Shown one piece after another: positions 39,068 to 50,392 of a stretch of 64,000 nt of DNA. The DNA comes from an uncultured Verrucomicrobiae bacterium (lineage in GTDB: Bacteria; Verrucomicrobiota; Verrucomicrobiia; Chthoniobacterales; JAFAMB01): NCBI GenBank assembly GCA_963782115.1, contig CAWAIK010000001.1:64001-128000 (forward strand), in the 5' to 3' direction. How positions within the stretch are numbered: position 1 is the first letter of the stretch; each line of letters starts with the position of its first letter. The position numbers and the translations under genes are program-made. Under the pieces are notes generated by a model. It did no database searches. It was not told the origin of the DNA and worked only from the letters and a program-made list of their open reading frames with translations.

Positions 39068-40098
39068 ACCCAACGCAAAATCCTCATCGGCGTTTTAATG
39101 CCCTTACCGGCGACTGGATTCTCGTTTCTCCACACCGCACCCAGCGGCCGTGGCAAGGCAAGCAAGAATCGGCGGCTCGGGATACACGTCCCGAATACGA
39201 TCCGAAATGTTATCTCTGCCCCGGGAACGAGCGCGCCGGCGGCGCAAAAAATCCGGTCTATACCTCCACCTACGTTTTTACGAACGACTTTGCCGCGATC
39301 ATGCCGAACGGTATCTCTTCGGTCGAAGGCACCGGGCTATTGCGCACCCAGTCTGCCTCCGGGACTTGCCGGGTAATCTGCTTTTCCCCTCGGCACGATT
39401 GGACCTTGCCCGTGATGCCCCACGACGCCATTCGAGGCGTCGTAGAGGTCTGGGCTAATCAAGCCGAAGAACTCGGCCGGAAGTATCGTTGGGTTCAGAT
39501 TTTTGAAAATAAGGGCGATATCATGGGCTGCTCAAATCCGCATCCGCACGGTCAGATATGGGCCAGCGACTTCCTTCCCAACGAGCCGGACAAAGAGGAT
39601 CGACAGCAGCTCGCTTATTTGTGCGAACAGGGATCACTCCTTTTGCTTGATTACCTCAAGCTCGAATTGGAGCAGGAAATACGCCTTGTCGTTCAGAATC
39701 ATGACTGGGTCGCGCTCCTGCCGTATTGGGCGACTTGGCCCTATGAAATTCTGCTTCTTCCCAGGCGTCCGGTGTTGCGGTTGCCAGACCTGCACGACTC
39801 CGAACGAGTCACTCTGGCAGAAATTCTTAAACGGCTTCTTACCCGGTACGATAATCTCTTTGAAATTTCTTTTCCCTACTCCATGGGTTGGCATGGGGCG
39901 CCGTACGGCGCTGGCGATTTTCGCCACTGGCAATTGCACGCGCACTTTTACCCGCCGCTCCTGCGCTCTGCTTCCGTTAAAAAATTTATGGTTGGCTATG
40001 AGATGCTCGCTGAAGCGCAACGCGATCTAACTCCGGAGCAGGCCGCGCAGACGCTCCGCGACCAATCAGAAATCCATTTCAACGAAAGGACGGCATGA
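39064..40098 (+). CDS. galT: UDP-glucose--hexose-1-phosphate uridylyltransferase
   Basis: [37 protein letters not shown]. Confidence 0.96.
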   Translation: MNPTQNPHRRFNALTGDWILVSPHRTQRPWQGKQESAARDTRPEYDPKCYLCPGNERAGGAKNPVYTSTYVFTNDFAAIMPNGISSVEGTGLLRTQSASGTCRVICFSPRHDWTLPVMPHDAIRGVVEVWANQAEELGRKYRWVQIFENKGDIMGCSNPHPHGQIWASDFLPNEPDKEDRQQLAYLCEQGSLLLLDYLKLELEQEIRLVVQNHDWVALLPYWATWPYEILLLPRRPVLRLPDLHDSERVTLAEILKRLLTRYDNLFEISFPYSMGWHGAPYGAGDFRHWQLHAHFYPPLLRSASVKKFMVGYEMLAEAQRDLTPEQAAQTLRDQSEIHFNERTA

Positions 40099-41072
40099 AG
40101 ATCCTGGTCACCGGCGGAGCCGGCTACATCGGCAGCGTGGTTGTCGAACAATTAATTGCCCAGGGCGAATCGGTGGTGGTATTTGACGATCTCTCTCAAG
40201 GCCATCGTGCGGCGGTGCATCCGGAAGCGGTATTTGTGGAAGGGGATCTTGCGAATCGGTCGGCAATCGGGGCGGTTCTCACGCAGCATCGTCCCGACGC
40301 CGTGATGCACTTTGCCTCCAAGACCCTGGTGGGAGAGTCGATGCAAAAGCCGTTTCTATATATCGGCGACAATGTGACGAACGGCCTGAACTTGTTAAGC
40401 AGCATGGTCGAGCACGACGTTAAACGCTTCATCCTGTCGTCGACCGCCAATCTCTTTGATAAGCCGGAAAGGATGCCGATCGACGAAGCCGAGCGCATCG
40501 TCCCGGGAAGCCCGTACGGTGAATCAAAATACATTCTTGAACGCATCTTGCACTGGCTAGATCGCATTTGCGGACTGCGCTTCGCCTGTCTGCGCTATTT
40601 CAACGCTGCTGGAGCGAGCCCCACTCGAGGCGAGGACCACAATCCAGAGCTGCATCTCATTCCGATTGTGCTCGAGGTCGCGTCGGGCAAACGCGAAAAA
40701 GCCCTGATTTTTGGAACCGATTATCCGACGCGTGACGGAACCTGTGTACGCGACTACGTTCACGTACTGGACCTTGCCCAGGCGCATATTCTGGCGCTGG
40801 GCGCACTCGACGGCGGCAGTCGCTTCTACAATCTGGGTAATAGCGAGGGATTCACCGTCAAGGAAGTGATCGATGCCGCGCAGGAAGTAACCGGGAAGCA
40901 GATCCGTGCAGAGATCGGGCCGCGCCGTCCAGGTGATCCCGCAGTGCTCGTTGCCGCTAGCGACAAGATTCGTGCGGAACTTGGATGGGTACCACAGTTT
41001 CCGAATGTTCGCGGGATCATCGAAAGCGCTTGGCGCTGGCACCAGGCCAACCCGGCCGGCTACCCGAAATGA
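40095..41072 (+). CDS. galE: UDP-glucose 4-epimerase
   Basis: [35 protein letters not shown]. Confidence 0.96.
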   Translation: MKILVTGGAGYIGSVVVEQLIAQGESVVVFDDLSQGHRAAVHPEAVFVEGDLANRSAIGAVLTQHRPDAVMHFASKTLVGESMQKPFLYIGDNVTNGLNLLSSMVEHDVKRFILSSTANLFDKPERMPIDEAERIVPGSPYGESKYILERILHWLDRICGLRFACLRYFNAAGASPTRGEDHNPELHLIPIVLEVASGKREKALIFGTDYPTRDGTCVRDYVHVLDLAQAHILALGALDGGSRFYNLGNSEGFTVKEVIDAAQEVTGKQIRAEIGPRRPGDPAVLVAASDKIRAELGWVPQFPNVRGIIESAWRWHQANPAGYPK

Positions 41073-41096
41073 CTTCTGTGCGAATTTTTGGGAAAC

Positions 41097-42206
41097 ATGA
41101 AGCGACGAGTTACAACCCACGATATCGCTCGGGAAGCCGGGGTGTCGCGGACGACCGTTTCGCACGTCTTGAACAATCATCCGGGCGTTGCGCTGAACCC
41201 TAAAACTCGGGAGCGCGTTCAGACAACGGCCCGAAAACTGGGCTACGTTCCGAATTCAGCCGCCCAGATGCTGGTGACAGGACGGAGCCGGACGGTGGGT
41301 CTGATCCTCTCGCGTCCCGATCTGATTTCGGTCGATGCATTTGTGCCGTCCATGATTTATGGATTGAACGAGGTGTGCCGGGTGCGAGGATATCGCCTGT
41401 TGATGGATTCCATCCACGATTCGTCGGACATCGATTCGTACCTGGATTTGGCCAAAAGCCAGCGGATCGATGGATTGATTGTCATCAACCCGCGCGAAAA
41501 CGATGCAGCACTGCGAAAGGTCATCGACTCGAAGTTTCCTCTCGTCGTGTTCGGATCGTCCGGGCATCCACAGGAAAATTCTGTCGGAACCAAGGATGGT
41601 CAGGCTAGCTGCAGCGCAACGCGTCATCTGATATCCCTTGGACATCGGCGAATAGCTCACATCAGTTACGCGCCTCTCGTCTACAATCCGGCGCGGAAAA
41701 GGTTCGAAGGGTATCGTCTCGCCCTGAAAACCGCCAGAATTCGCTTCGACAAAAGGCTTTTCGCCGAAGGAGATTTCACCGGCGAAAGTGGTTACAAGGC
41801 GATGAAACAGATTCTCGCTTCAAAAGTTGCTCCGACGGCGCTGTTCGCCGGGAACGATACTCTGGCAATCGGGGCAATGATGGCTATTCGTGAAGCCGGC
41901 CTTTCCATCCCTGAAGATTTTGCGGTCGTTGGGTACGATGATATTCCGGGCGCGGCATTCGCCTACCCCCCTCTGACGACGATTTGCTCATACCCTTTTG
42001 AGCAGGGAAAAATGGTTGGAGAAGCTACCATTGCGTTGGTGGGCGGCAAAAAGATCGGAAGGCATCAAAGCGTCCTTCCACTCGAGCTAACGATCCGAGA
42101 ATCCTGCGGGTCCGCCCTCAAAAGCGCCAGGGGATGCATTGGGAATAGCCCAGATAGTGGAAAGAAAGTGCAGGAGCGCAACCCGCCGCCGGACACCTTT
42201 GGGTAG
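41097..42206 (+). CDS. LacI family transcriptional regulator
   Basis: TTHDIAREAGVSRTTVSHVLN HTH, LGYVPN, VVGYDD. Confidence 0.94.
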   Translation: MKRRVTTHDIAREAGVSRTTVSHVLNNHPGVALNPKTRERVQTTARKLGYVPNSAAQMLVTGRSRTVGLILSRPDLISVDAFVPSMIYGLNEVCRVRGYRLLMDSIHDSSDIDSYLDLAKSQRIDGLIVINPRENDAALRKVIDSKFPLVVFGSSGHPQENSVGTKDGQASCSATRHLISLGHRRIAHISYAPLVYNPARKRFEGYRLALKTARIRFDKRLFAEGDFTGESGYKAMKQILASKVAPTALFAGNDTLAIGAMMAIREAGLSIPEDFAVVGYDDIPGAAFAYPPLTTICSYPFEQGKMVGEATIALVGGKKIGRHQSVLPLELTIRESCGSALKSARGCIGNSPDSGKKVQERNPPPDTFG

Positions 42207-42325
42207 GCGATGGGATCCGTGATATCCGACCTGTCCCGAATGTCGCTTCTAAATTAAGGGCTGTTTGGGATGGTTCTTCGTCACGAAGGGACAGGAGGAT
42301 TCAGAAGCCCAGGGTTTCAACCCTG

Positions 42326-43325
42326 ATCATTATACACAACTCGGAGAACCGGCGGATACCTGAAAGCATCGCTCGGTGGTGCCAACAAATACAGGCTGGA
42401 AGCCTATGCTATGCTAGATTGGTCTCCCGACTGTCTGCGCGATCTCGCAAGGACATCCTGACGCTTTGTCCGCGAACCCGCAGCAACGACGCGACGGCGT
42501 AAAGTAGCATAGGCTTCCAGCCTGTATCGAACCACCAACCGACTTCGATTTTTCCAGACAATCCGAAATCGTCGGCCCCGATAAGAACGCCAGCCAACCG
42601 TAGTCGACGCTCGATACAGGCTGGAAGCCTATGCTACTTTGCTCTCCGGACTGGCACGCGAGGTATGGAAATCCTTCCGCGTACCCGCCACGACATGAGT
42701 CACCGACCGGCTTTATGTTCAAAATGGATATGTACACAACATGTGTATATTGTGTTACTTCATGCAAAATTTCTTCGATCCCGAAGCCGATTTCCAGGTT
42801 TATCGTCGCAACCTTCCCCATCGCAGACAGGCAGGCGTCACCTATTTCGTAACTTTCCACCTGGCCGATTCGTTGCCCGCACAAAAGTTGGCAGCTTTAG
42901 AAGAACAACGAAAACTTTGGCTCGGCTTCAATCCGCCTCCTCACCACGAACGCCAAATCGAAGAGTATCATCGCAACTTCTCGACGCGTATTCATGAATG
43001 GCTTGATGGCGGCCATGGTGGGTGCGTTTTAGCGCGCCCGAAGATCTATCGACTAGTCGAAAGCGTTGGTGTGGCATCCGGAATCCTTTGATCACATTGT
43101 CAGAAGCGCCGCTCAACTGGAACGCTTCGAGCAATACATTCGAGACAATCCGAAATCGTTGCCCCCGGATAAGAACCCGAACCAACCGTAGTCGACGCTC
43201 GATACAGGCTGCAAGCAGATGCTTCCAGCCTGTATTTGTTGGCACCACCGAGCGATGCTTTCCAGACAATCGATAGTGGCGCTGGGCTTCTGGCCGCTTC
43301 CCGCCGAAAAATTGTGTATAATGAT
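42326..43325. mobile_element. IR-bounded REP/RAYT composite element
   Basis: 14-bp terminal IR ATCATTATACACAA / TTGTGTATAATGAT; 42-bp inner IR (42362-42403 and 43221-43262); flanked by direct copies of CAGGGTTTCAACCCTG; several ACAGGCTGGAAGCCTATGCTA REP units inside. Confidence 0.7.
42762..43190 (+). pseudogene. REP-associated tyrosine transposase (RAYT), internally deleted
   Basis: RRNLPH..GVTYFVTF.LADSLP N-terminus joined out of frame to WHPESFDHIVR...YIRDNP C-terminus; HUH segment absent. Confidence 0.8.
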
Positions 43326-43425
43326 CAGGGTTTCAACCCTGGGAACGGACCACCCGTGGTGACGCGCCCTGTAAAGGCGCAAGATAGAGAGTGACAGGAA
43401 CATAAATTTATTGTGTGTTAATAAC

Positions 43426-43720
43426 ATGTCTCAATCCCTCGCCCTGGTCTTGGTCTACATTCTTTTCTCCACCAAAAATCGAAGTCCATTTTTACAGTCG
43501 ACGGAAGTCCGATCGCAGGCACACGCTTATCTGACCGGAACCTTGCGAGCTTTGGACTGCGCTCCAATTCAGGTCGTCGGAGTGGAAGAGCATGTCCATA
43601 TTTTCTGCGGTCTTCTCCAGAAAAAATCTCTCTTGCCGGATTGGTCAGGAATCTTAAAACTCGACCAGGATCGCAAAAGGGAAAGGCAATGACGATTTCG
43701 GCTGGCAAAGCGCTACGGTT
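43426..43720 (+). pseudogene. IS200/IS605-type (Y1) transposase remnant
   Basis: MSQSL...ILFSTKNR.PFL...GVEEHVHI, then frameshift and decay; adjacent to REP hairpins. Confidence 0.75.
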
Positions 43721-43906
43721 TTGAGGAGCCATAGGTGTGGGATTGATCCAGGTTAGCTTGCGCCCCTTCGGTTTCCGGGCGAACCGTTTCATTGAATGGG
43801 TTCCCGGAGTTGAAAGCCCGCGCGAATCCTTCAGACCCTTAAGGCAAAAAATCATCCTAAACCTTCCTGATCTTCGTGCCGTCCAGTGTGACCCTGTGAT
43901 CTCTTA

Positions 43907-44965
43907 ATGATTGCGATCGAGAGTCTTTCCAAAAGCTTCGGCGGTTTTCTTGCACTTGACCGGATCGCGTTAACCATCGGCACCGGTGAACTGTTTTTCC
44001 TCTTGGGTCCCAGTGGGTGCGGCAAGACAACGCTTTTACGTCATATCGCTGGATTCTATCAGCCTGACGAGGGGCGAATTCTCTTCGACGGAACAGAGGT
44101 GACCCGTCTCCCTCCGCATCTGCGGAATACCGGGATGGTTTTTCAGAACTATGCGCTATGGCCGCATCTAACTGTCGAAAAGAATGTTGCGTTCGGATTG
44201 GAAGAACGGAGGCTTCCGAGACCAGAAATTGATCGCCGGGTGACTGAAGCGCTCCGCGTGGTTCGGCTCGAGGACCTGGCTCGGCGCAAAATCCACGAAA
44301 TGTCCGGCGGCCAACAACAGCGCGTCGCCCTCGCACGAGCGCTCGTCGTGCGGCCTGCCTGCCTGCTCCTGGATGAGCCATTGTCCAATTTGGATTCTAA
44401 GCTCCGTCTGGAAATGCGACAGGAAATCCGCCGGATCTGCCGGGAGTTTCAATTAACCTCCATCTACGTCACTCACGATCAGCAGGAGGCGCTCTCGATC
44501 GCAGACCGAATCGCCGTTTTGAACGCCGGCAAAGTGCTGCAGGTCGGCACACCAGCGGAAATCTATCGGCACCCTCGCAACCGGTTCGTCGCAGAGTTTA
44601 TCGGGGAAGGCAATTTTCTGACCGGTCAGATCGCGAACCGAAACGAACGGCTGGAGGTTAATCTGGGCAATCGCAGTCTCCTTGTCGCTGTCCCGCACCA
44701 ATTCGGCGCAGGTGCCGGATCCCCGGTCACCCTTTGTCTGCGTCCGGAAGCTATTAGCATTGTGGAAAGTCAGCCCCTCGGTCAGGCTTGGCCGGCGAGG
44801 TTGATCGAAACAATCTACCTCGGTCAGGTCGCTCAACATCTCTTTCGGTGCGAAGAAGATCTTCTCAGGGTCGCGGAGTTCAATCCTCGGCCGACCCGAT
44901 TCCGACCGGGGCAGGAATACTTCCTATGCATCGAACCTGAAGACATAATAATTCTTGGCGAATAA
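43907..44965 (+). CDS. ABC transporter ATP-binding protein (FbpC/PotA family)
   Basis: GPSGCGKT, VFQNYALWPH, MSGGQQQR, LLDEP, VTHDQ, TOBE-like tail. Confidence 0.93.
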   Translation: MIAIESLSKSFGGFLALDRIALTIGTGELFFLLGPSGCGKTTLLRHIAGFYQPDEGRILFDGTEVTRLPPHLRNTGMVFQNYALWPHLTVEKNVAFGLEERRLPRPEIDRRVTEALRVVRLEDLARRKIHEMSGGQQQRVALARALVVRPACLLLDEPLSNLDSKLRLEMRQEIRRICREFQLTSIYVTHDQQEALSIADRIAVLNAGKVLQVGTPAEIYRHPRNRFVAEFIGEGNFLTGQIANRNERLEVNLGNRSLLVAVPHQFGAGAGSPVTLCLRPEAISIVESQPLGQAWPARLIETIYLGQVAQHLFRCEEDLLRVAEFNPRPTRFRPGQEYFLCIEPEDIIILGE

Positions 44966-44967
44966 GG

Positions 44968-46599
44968 ATGCGTAGCGTCATTCCGATTCTCTTCTCTCTC
45001 TTCGTGGTCATTGCCGTGCCCTTTCTGTTCCGGCAGTCGGAGATTGATAGTAACTCCGCGGAAGATGAACTGGTGATCATCTCGCCTCACAACGAAGCGA
45101 TCCGGTTCGAATTCACTCGCGCCTTTGCAGAGTATTACCGAAAATCGACCGGGCGTTCGGTTCATATTGACTGGCGATTGCCCGGTGGGACGACGGAGAT
45201 CATTCGTTACCTCAACTCGGAATTTGAAGCCTCGTTCCGGAATTATTGGACCCGGCAGCTGCAGCTTCCTTGGGACCGAGAGGTCCTGGACGCCTTTGCC
45301 AACCCCAGCGTCCGCGGAGATGTCGATCGAGGTTCGCAAGGTGAGCGTGCCAGATACGCATTTCTGAATTCGAACTCCGGGTGTGGAATCGATTTGCTGT
45401 TCGGTGGGGGCAGCTTTGACTTTATCAATTTGGCCAATCGCGGACTCCTCGTTGACAGCGGCGTTCTTTCCCGATTTCCCGAATTGTTCAGCAGCGCAGG
45501 CGACCTTCTCATCCCGCGCTCGCTTGGAGGTGAACAATACTGGGATGCCCGGGGACGCTGGGTGGGTACGTGTCTGGCGGAATTTGGGATCTGTTACAAC
45601 ACGGAAGTCCTGGCGCGACTGGGGGTTTTAACGCCGCCCGCTCAATGGGGCGACCTGGCGAACGAACGATTGTTCAACGCGATTGCCTTGGCTGATCCCA
45701 CCAAGAGTGGTTCCGTGGCCAAAGCTTTCGAGTTGATGGTCCAGCAGCAAATGAATCAACGCCTGGCCGAACTCGCAGCAGCCTCCGCAGGCGATCAGTC
45801 GCCTGAACAGCGCGAAAAACAAGCCGTGATCGAAGGTTGGGCGAGGGGACTGCAGCTCCTGATTCGTCTCGCGGCAAATTCCCGCTATTTCAGCGATGCC
45901 GCTTCGAAAGTCCCGATGGATGTCGCTTACGGGGAGGCTGCCGCAGGAATGTGTATCGATTTTTATGGGCGATTCGAAAGCGAAGCGGTAGCGGATAAAA
46001 ATGGTCGAACCCGGCTGCACTACACAAGTGTGGTGGGCGGGACATCGATCGGAGCGGACTCAATTGCTTTGCTTCGCGGAGCCCCGCACCCGCAGGTTGC
46101 GAAGGTATTTATCGATTTCGCCCTGAAGCTCGAAGGTCAGAAGCTCTGGGATTTTCGCCTTGGAACACCTGGCGGACCGGAGCGTTATGCCCTGAGAAGG
46201 CTGCCGATCCGCAGAGAATTCTATCGGGAGCCGCTTCGCGCCTATATGGCGGATCGTGAAGCCGACCCATATCGTGACGCGCAGGCATTTGAATACCACG
46301 AAGCCTGGACAGCGCCGCTATTCTCGGCCATCCGTTTTCTGGTCCGGGTAATGTGCATTGATTCTCGGGAAGAACTCGTTTCGGCTCGAAAAACAATCGG
46401 CGGCGAGCCCATCGATTCTCCGGCCATTCAAAAGCTCCTCGACGTTTCCCGGGTGCGTTACGACATCGCTATGCAGCAAATTCGGGATACGCTCAGGTCG
46501 GCAGACAGGGTCAAAGAAGTGCGGTTGGCGGAGGAATTAACGACTTATTTTCGCAACCAATATCGCGAAGCCGAACGGATGGCACGGGCTGGCAAATGA
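44968..46599 (+). CDS. Fe3+-type ABC substrate-binding protein (FbpA/AfuA-like, with insertions)
   Basis: LVIISPHNE, DLLFGGG, ALADPTKSGS, GMCIDFYG; lies between ATPase and permease. Confidence 0.8.
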   Translation: MRSVIPILFSLFVVIAVPFLFRQSEIDSNSAEDELVIISPHNEAIRFEFTRAFAEYYRKSTGRSVHIDWRLPGGTTEIIRYLNSEFEASFRNYWTRQLQLPWDREVLDAFANPSVRGDVDRGSQGERARYAFLNSNSGCGIDLLFGGGSFDFINLANRGLLVDSGVLSRFPELFSSAGDLLIPRSLGGEQYWDARGRWVGTCLAEFGICYNTEVLARLGVLTPPAQWGDLANERLFNAIALADPTKSGSVAKAFELMVQQQMNQRLAELAAASAGDQSPEQREKQAVIEGWARGLQLLIRLAANSRYFSDAASKVPMDVAYGEAAAGMCIDFYGRFESEAVADKNGRTRLHYTSVVGGTSIGADSIALLRGAPHPQVAKVFIDFALKLEGQKLWDFRLGTPGGPERYALRRLPIRREFYREPLRAYMADREADPYRDAQAFEYHEAWTAPLFSAIRFLVRVMCIDSREELVSARKTIGGEPIDSPAIQKLLDVSRVRYDIAMQQIRDTLRSADRVKEVRLAEELTTYFRNQYREAERMARAGK

Positions 46600-48386
46600 A
46601 AACCATTTCCCAATCGCATGAATCGAAAGGAGACGGTTCAAGCGTCGGCGGAATCGTTCACCGTGTCTTCGGATCTCACCTCCGCGGCTTCCGCGTTTCT
46701 CGCGTCACTCTGGCGCTCTATTTAGGGGTCCTGGCATTTTTCGGCCTCTTCTTTATCCTGCCGATCGCCATTGCCGTTCGGGCCGCCTTTCTGAATCAAA
46801 CGGGCGCATTCACGCTCGACTATTTCCGAGAAGTCTTCAGGAACCCGATTTATATGGAAGGCTTTACCAATGCCCTCAGACTCGCGGTGGGAAGTACTCT
46901 TCTCGCTTTTGCCATCGCAGCGCCCCTGGCATGGATCAGCGAGAGATTCGAGTTTCCGGCAAAGCGCGGGCTGTCGGCTTTCTTGCTTTTGCCCATGATG
47001 TTGCCTCCTTTTGTTGGTGCAATCGGGTTTCGACAGATCTTTGGCCAGGAAGGCGCCGTTAATGCGCTGCTTCGCGCCGTCGGATGGCTCAGCCAAAACC
47101 AGGTCATCGACTGGGTCGGCGCCGGGCGCGAATGGGGCATCATTTTACTCAACGCGCTCCATCTCTATCCGATCCTCTACCTGAACCTGGTCGCGGCGTT
47201 GGCCAACGTCGACCCGGTATTGCTGGAGGCTGCTGAGAATCTCGGATGCTCAGGATTACGGCGCGCCTGGCGCGTTACCGTTCCCCTCGTCATGCCGGGA
47301 ATATTCGCCGGAGGAACGATCGTCTTTATCTGGTCGTTTACCGAACTCGGCGTTCCTTTGATGTTTGACTATTATCGGGTCACACCGGTCCAGATATTTA
47401 ATGGACTGAGCGATATCGACAGCAACCCGTTCACGTACGCCCTGGTAGCGGTAACGCTGATTGGTTCAGCCTTGATCTATTTTGCGATTCGCTTTCTGGC
47501 GGGCAGACCTCCGCCGGCCATGGCAGGACGCGGCGGTCACGCCGGACAGAGAACCGCCCTGGCAGGCGTCCACGGCCTCTTGTGCGCCTCTTTCTTTTTG
47601 GCGGTTTGCGCTCTGGCCCTCTTACCCCAGCTCGGCGTCATCCTCGTTTCGTTTTCAAAAGACTGGTACCGCACGATCCTTCCTCAATCGTTCACCCTTC
47701 AGCATTATGTCTTGGCGCTCGGTAATCATTTAACCGTGCCGGCGATCCAGAACAGCCTCGTCTACGCCTCGTTGTCGACCATAGTTGATCTTCTGCTGGG
47801 AGTCATCATCGCCTATTTGATCACGCGGACGAAGATCATTGGGCGCTCGTTTCTGGATGCACTGGCGATGCTTCCTCTTGCCGTCCCCGGGCTGATCCTG
47901 GCGTTTGGCTATCTGGCCCTGACGCGCCCTGGCAGTTTCCTGAATTTTTTGGACCCGGCGCGAAATCCGCTGATTCTCCTGGTATTGGCTTATGCCGTGC
48001 GCCGGCTGCCTTACGTCGTTCGCTCCGCGGCGGCCGGATTTCAACAAGCCAGCGTCACATTGGAAGAAGCCGCGCAGAGCCTCGGCGCCTCACCATTTCG
48101 CGCGCTCACACAAATCACGTTGCCCTTGATCGTCGCGAACCTTTTTTCGGGATGTATTCTGGCATTTGCCTTTGCCATGCTGGAAGTCTCTGACTCCCTT
48201 ATCCTTGCACAGAAACAAGTCGACTACCCGATCGCGAAAGCTATTTACGAACTCTCCAATATTCTGGGAGAAGGTCGCTATCTCGCCGCCGCCCTCGGGG
48301 TTTGGGCAATGGTCTTTCTCGGATTGACGATCGCCGCCGCATCCCGATCGATCGGGGCTAAACTGGGAGTACTGTTTCGAAGTTAG
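46596..48386 (+). CDS. Fe3+-type ABC permease (FbpB-like, duplicated permease domain)
   Basis: Two EAA loops (LEAAENLG, LEEAAQSLGA), PPFVGA, PLAVPG. Confidence 0.9.
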   Translation: MKTISQSHESKGDGSSVGGIVHRVFGSHLRGFRVSRVTLALYLGVLAFFGLFFILPIAIAVRAAFLNQTGAFTLDYFREVFRNPIYMEGFTNALRLAVGSTLLAFAIAAPLAWISERFEFPAKRGLSAFLLLPMMLPPFVGAIGFRQIFGQEGAVNALLRAVGWLSQNQVIDWVGAGREWGIILLNALHLYPILYLNLVAALANVDPVLLEAAENLGCSGLRRAWRVTVPLVMPGIFAGGTIVFIWSFTELGVPLMFDYYRVTPVQIFNGLSDIDSNPFTYALVAVTLIGSALIYFAIRFLAGRPPPAMAGRGGHAGQRTALAGVHGLLCASFFLAVCALALLPQLGVILVSFSKDWYRTILPQSFTLQHYVLALGNHLTVPAIQNSLVYASLSTIVDLLLGVIIAYLITRTKIIGRSFLDALAMLPLAVPGLILAFGYLALTRPGSFLNFLDPARNPLILLVLAYAVRRLPYVVRSAAAGFQQASVTLEEAAQSLGASPFRALTQITLPLIVANLFSGCILAFAFAMLEVSDSLILAQKQVDYPIAKAIYELSNILGEGRYLAAALGVWAMVFLGLTIAAASRSIGAKLGVLFRS

Positions 48387-48509
48387 CCCTATTTCGGCGT
48401 TTTGAGGATGCGATACAAAAATTTTCGTGCTCGCGCATCATTTTCGCATATCTTGCGAGAAACATCTTTAAAGTCCACAAGATGTTGTATATCCTTGTAG
48501 TAATTTTCC

Positions 48510-49121
48510 ATGAACAAACTTTATCGTTTGCCGTTGAGGACCCGAGCAAAAAACGTGTCGAGCGGTGTTCGCCGGCGCCAGAATTCGTCTAAGGTTTTAG
48601 CGACAGGAATCATCGCTTTCTGTGCGCTCGCTGCGCTGGTGGCGATTGGGTTCGCTGCCGTCTTCACTTTCAAGCACCTGACCGCGAAGCCGAAAGCGGT
48701 CGCGGCGGCTTCCCCTTCCCCTTCCACGACGCCTTCGCCTGCCGTCAAGACAAAGGATGTCTTGATGCCGCTAGTGGACCCGAATCAAACTCCTTCCGAA
48801 GCGAACCCTTCAGCGCATTCAGCGATTAGCCCCCAGCCTTCGCCCCCTGTGCCGACTCCGACCGCCGCTCCGACGCCTGCTGCATCGCCAACGCCCCAGC
48901 AACAAAAAGCCGACTCCCAACCCAAGGAGAACGATAAGGCTCTCACAAAGATCGCGCGGAGAAATCTCGAGAAGAAGCGTTTGGAGGCCGAGCGCAAGAG
49001 GACCCGGCTGGAGAAAATGTATCAAAATCACGAGATCTCGATCGACGCCTACAATAAAGGCAAGGAAGAGTATAAGGAAGAAATCCAGAAATACCGGAAC
49101 GTCATAAAGTCGGGTGAGTAA
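48510..49121 (+). CDS. Hypothetical bitopic protein: TM helix, Pro/Ser/Thr linker, charged coiled coil
   Basis: 203-aa ORF with coherent domain-like architecture. Confidence 0.65.
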   Translation: MNKLYRLPLRTRAKNVSSGVRRRQNSSKVLATGIIAFCALAALVAIGFAAVFTFKHLTAKPKAVAAASPSPSTTPSPAVKTKDVLMPLVDPNQTPSEANPSAHSAISPQPSPPVPTPTAAPTPAASPTPQQQKADSQPKENDKALTKIARRNLEKKRLEAERKRTRLEKMYQNHEISIDAYNKGKEEYKEEIQKYRNVIKSGE

Positions 49122-49558
49122 CGCCCGCCCCAGGAGAGCGAAGTCCTTCACCTGTCTTCTCTCCTGAATCGTGCTCGTTATCGTAGTCGTGCTCGTTGTC
49201 GATCTCTGATCGTTGATGGTAAGAGCCGCTTGCGATGAAAGAAGACACCCAAACGAAGGAAGGCCGCGACGAAGTGCGAGGATCGCTGCCAAAGACTTCG
49301 ATAACGATAACGACCACGAGAACGATAGCAGCTTGAACGAGGGCGCTTTTTCTCGACGCTTCGACTCAGGGCGCTCCCCTCGAATCGCAGGCTTCATAGC
49401 TTCGAGGTTAGGATTGAAGCTGCGCGCGAGCGCTACGCGAGAAGAACTATTTAATAATAACGTTATCTCAGCGCCACCCCCCTTCCATCGATATTCACGC
49501 CACCATTGGCACTCGCCCCTCACTGAGAACTGACAACTGGCACTGACAACTTCTTCTT

Positions 49559-50392
49559 CTACTTTTGCAGCCTAATCGCCTTATAGCTCTTCATGGTTTC
49601 GGTGATGGCTTTTTCAACGGGCAAGCGTTCCATGCTTGAGGCGCCGTAGAAGCCGTGGACACCTTTCGTGTGGTGAAGAACGTATTCGGCATCCTGCGGT
49701 TCTGAGATCGGCCCGCCGTGACACAAAACAATGATATCGTTCTTCGCCGATTTTGCCGCATTGGCGATTTCCTGCACTTTCTCCGGCGCTTCTTCAAGCG
49801 TGACGGCGGTCGTGGCGCCGATTGATCCCTTCGTCGTCAGACCGAGATGGGCAACGATGATATCTGCTCCTGCCGTGGCCATCGCGGTGGCTTCGGCCGG
49901 ATTGAAACAATAGGGCGTGGTCAGCAAATCCATCGCGTGAGCGGCTCGAATCATCTCGACTTCCAACCCGTAGCCCATGTCGGTCTCTTCGAGATTTTTT
50001 CGAAATATCCCATCATAGAGACCAACTGTGGGAAAATTCTGAACCCCGGCGAAGCCCACTTCTTTGATCTCTTTCAGAAAAAGAGGGATTTGACGGAAAG
50101 GATCGGTCCCGCAGACGCCAGCGAGGACAGGGGTTCCCTTCACGACTGTCAAAACCTCAGCGGCCATCTCCATGACGATGGCGTTTGCGTCACCGTACGG
50201 CATCAGGCCGGCAAGGGAGCCGCGACCCGCCATCCGATAACGGCCGCTGTTGTAAATCACGATCAAATCGACACCACCCGCCTCTTCAAACTTCGCGGTG
50301 ATGCCGGTGCCTGCGCCGCCCCCAATAATCGGCTGATGGGCCGAGATAAGCTTGCGCAGCCGCTTCAAAATCTGCTGTCTAGGGTGTGCCAT
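49559..50392 (-). CDS. TIM-barrel signal transduction / PEP-hydrolase family protein (Tm-1 C-terminal-like)
   Basis: [48 protein letters not shown]. Confidence 0.88.
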   Translation of the reverse strand: MAHPRQQILKRLRKLISAHQPIIGGGAGTGITAKFEEAGGVDLIVIYNSGRYRMAGRGSLAGLMPYGDANAIVMEMAAEVLTVVKGTPVLAGVCGTDPFRQIPLFLKEIKEVGFAGVQNFPTVGLYDGIFRKNLEETDMGYGLEVEMIRAAHAMDLLTTPYCFNPAEATAMATAGADIIVAHLGLTTKGSIGATTAVTLEEAPEKVQEIANAAKSAKNDIIVLCHGGPISEPQDAEYVLHHTKGVHGFYGASSMERLPVEKAITETMKSYKAIRLQK

